64,000 bases of DNA from an uncultured Trueperaceae bacterium (GTDB lineage Bacteria; Deinococcota; Deinococci; Deinococcales; Trueperaceae): positions 480,001 to 544,000 of the forward strand of contig CAWCXJ010000007.1 in assembly GCA_963799485.1 (NCBI GenBank). The letters run 5' to 3'. The notes beneath the pieces were generated by a model. The model saw only the letters and a list, made by a program, of their open reading frames with translations. It was not told the DNA's origin and ran no database searches. The translations under genes were made by a program, and so were the position numbers. Positions 62,386-64,000 of this stretch are shown piece by piece. Every line of letters begins with the position of its first letter. The first letter of the stretch is position 1.

Positions 62386-64000
62386 CTAGTTCGGCACGCT
62401 CAACTGCTGAGGCGAACCCGACCTAAGTGCTCCTTGCAACAAATTGGCAAGACCGAGCGCTGCTTGGCTGCGCTGCTCGTCGTAGAGGTGTTGATAAACG
62501 TTTCGGGTAAAGCCGGGGTTGGTATGCCCGAGCCGCTCACTGACCACCCCGATGTCAATGCCGTTTTTTATTAATAACCTCGAGTGCTAGTAGAAAAGGG
62601 GTAAAAGATGAGAGAAGATAGGTCATGCGAACCGTTGATCTTCTCTCAAAGCATAATGTAACAGACCTTTTCACAATCGTATATGTCCTGATAGACGACT
62701 ATCTACAAGCCTCAGAACGCTTAGGACGCTTCAAGTTGCCTAAAAAGCGCCAACAAAAATCCAGCTACGCCGAGTTGCTCACCATTGTTCTGGTCGGCGA
62801 GATACTTCAGCAGAAAAATCAAGGCTTGTGGTACTTGCTGGTGCAGCGTGAATACGGCGCTTTGTTCCCCGACCTGCCTCATATCACACGTTTTTACCGA
62901 GTGAGCCGTAACTTCGAACGCATCTATGCGGACTTAGCTATGCTGATTGCTCAGCATGATGGGGTGTAGCTGGTCGACTCCAAGCCGCTGCCTATCTGCA
63001 AGGGTGTTCGCTACCCAAGACCAAGAAGGATGACCGAAGCTACCTCTGGACGCGGTGGGGCAACCAAACGCTTCTACGGCTTTAAACTTCACGCCGTTTG
63101 CACGGGTCAGGGTGCTAGCTGTCGTTTTGCCATCGTGCCAGCCAATGAAAGTGATGTCACCGTGGGCAAGTGTCTCTTGGACGCTTCTGGCGATGACCTA
63201 AACAGCATCATCGGCGACAAAGGCTATCAGGGTTTAGGCATCTACACCCCACCCAAGCAAAACGCCAAAGAACCCGGCTGCTGGTGTGACTTCTTCGCTC
63301 GTGCCAGAAAGTCTGTCGAGGCTGTTTTCTCCTCACTCGCAAGATGTCGCAATATTGCCTTGCAACAGCTCAACTCTTTTTGGAGCATTCGTGCCAGTGT
63401 CTGCCGCAAAGTCGCGGCTCACAACCTCATCCTGTTTCTGTTCGACTAGCACCCGAGGTTAATAGGCTAGCGTGCGTGTGACGTAAACCGTGGATGCCTA
63501 TGCTCGTCACGGCAATACCTTTGACAAGGCGCTCGAACACACGTGAAAGGTTGCGCGGGTTGAGATACGTGCCGAGTTGCGACGGGAATACGAGATCAAA
63601 GTCAGACCATGCCTGACCAAAATACTCTTGCTCTTCTTTTAGACGGTCACGGTGGTTTAGCAAAACTTGAATGTCGTCTTCTTGAACGCGAATGCTGCGG
63701 CGCGACGCTTTTGTTTTTGGTTCACCAGCATGAACCGTTCCGTGAACATCGACAGCATTGCGGCGCACGTAGATACACTGTTTAACGACTTCAACGTCTT
63801 GCCAGCGTAGCGCAACTAGCTCGCCGCGCCTCATACCGGTAACGACCGCAGTATAGAAAAGACCATAAAGGCGGTGAGGTTGCGCGTGGGCCAAAAAGCA
63901 CGCTACCTCGTCGGCAGTCCAGTAGGCCACCTCAGGTTTAATTTGCTTCGGAACTTTGACGGACTCAAGCACATTACGACCAACCAGTTCCCACGCTACG
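62386..64000 (-). pseudogene. Tyrosine integrase next to tRNA-Pro, interrupted by IS982; 5' end outside the window
   Basis: TGMRRGE, HGLRHTHASLL, then after the IS: IKNGIDIGVVSERLGH...YQH; frame restored when the IS is removed. Confidence 0.92.
62577..63459 (+). mobile_element. IS982-family element; transposase has an in-frame TAG at 62967-62969
   Basis: IRs ACCTCGAGTGCTAGT / ACCTCGGGTGCTAGT; TAATA target duplication; VDSKPLP, YGFKLH, GDKGY, RKSVEAVFS. Confidence 0.9.

Overview
GC-rich bacterial chromosome segment, most consistent with Deinococcota (Truepera-like). The supporting signs are a CarH/LitR plus LdrP/DdrI regulator pair, a DUF3084-lptB-smpB-GerMN cluster and pervasive leaderless promoters. 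Positions 1-10452 are the right part of a decaying phage-satellite-like integrative element. It carries xis, a frameshifted primase, an IS630-disrupted AAA helicase, a divergent HTH regulator that looks IS630-derived, and cargo (MATE-like exporter, R2K ATP-grasp plus RlaP/YcgL-type nucleotidyltransferase, a family of small proteins with shared flanking motifs). It ends at a duplicated 3' half of tRNA-Val(GAC). Positions 10551-12595 hold a second, truncated integrase with nested IS630 and IS3 elements. Positions 12.6-60.9 kb are mostly housekeeping genes (tyrS, gnd, zwf, arginase, lptB, smpB, crcB, asnS, aspS, hisS, tal, recA, trmB, bamA-like, rnhA, rpoZ, mutL, mutS) with several pseudogenes and an IS4-like remnant. 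The window ends with tRNA-Pro(GGG) and a third integrase interrupted by an IS982 element. The most striking window-wide signals are a strongly over-represented CTCGAG palindrome (about 130 copies by manual count) and many short tandem micro-duplications at gene boundaries. All family assignments come from motif recognition by eye, not database searches.
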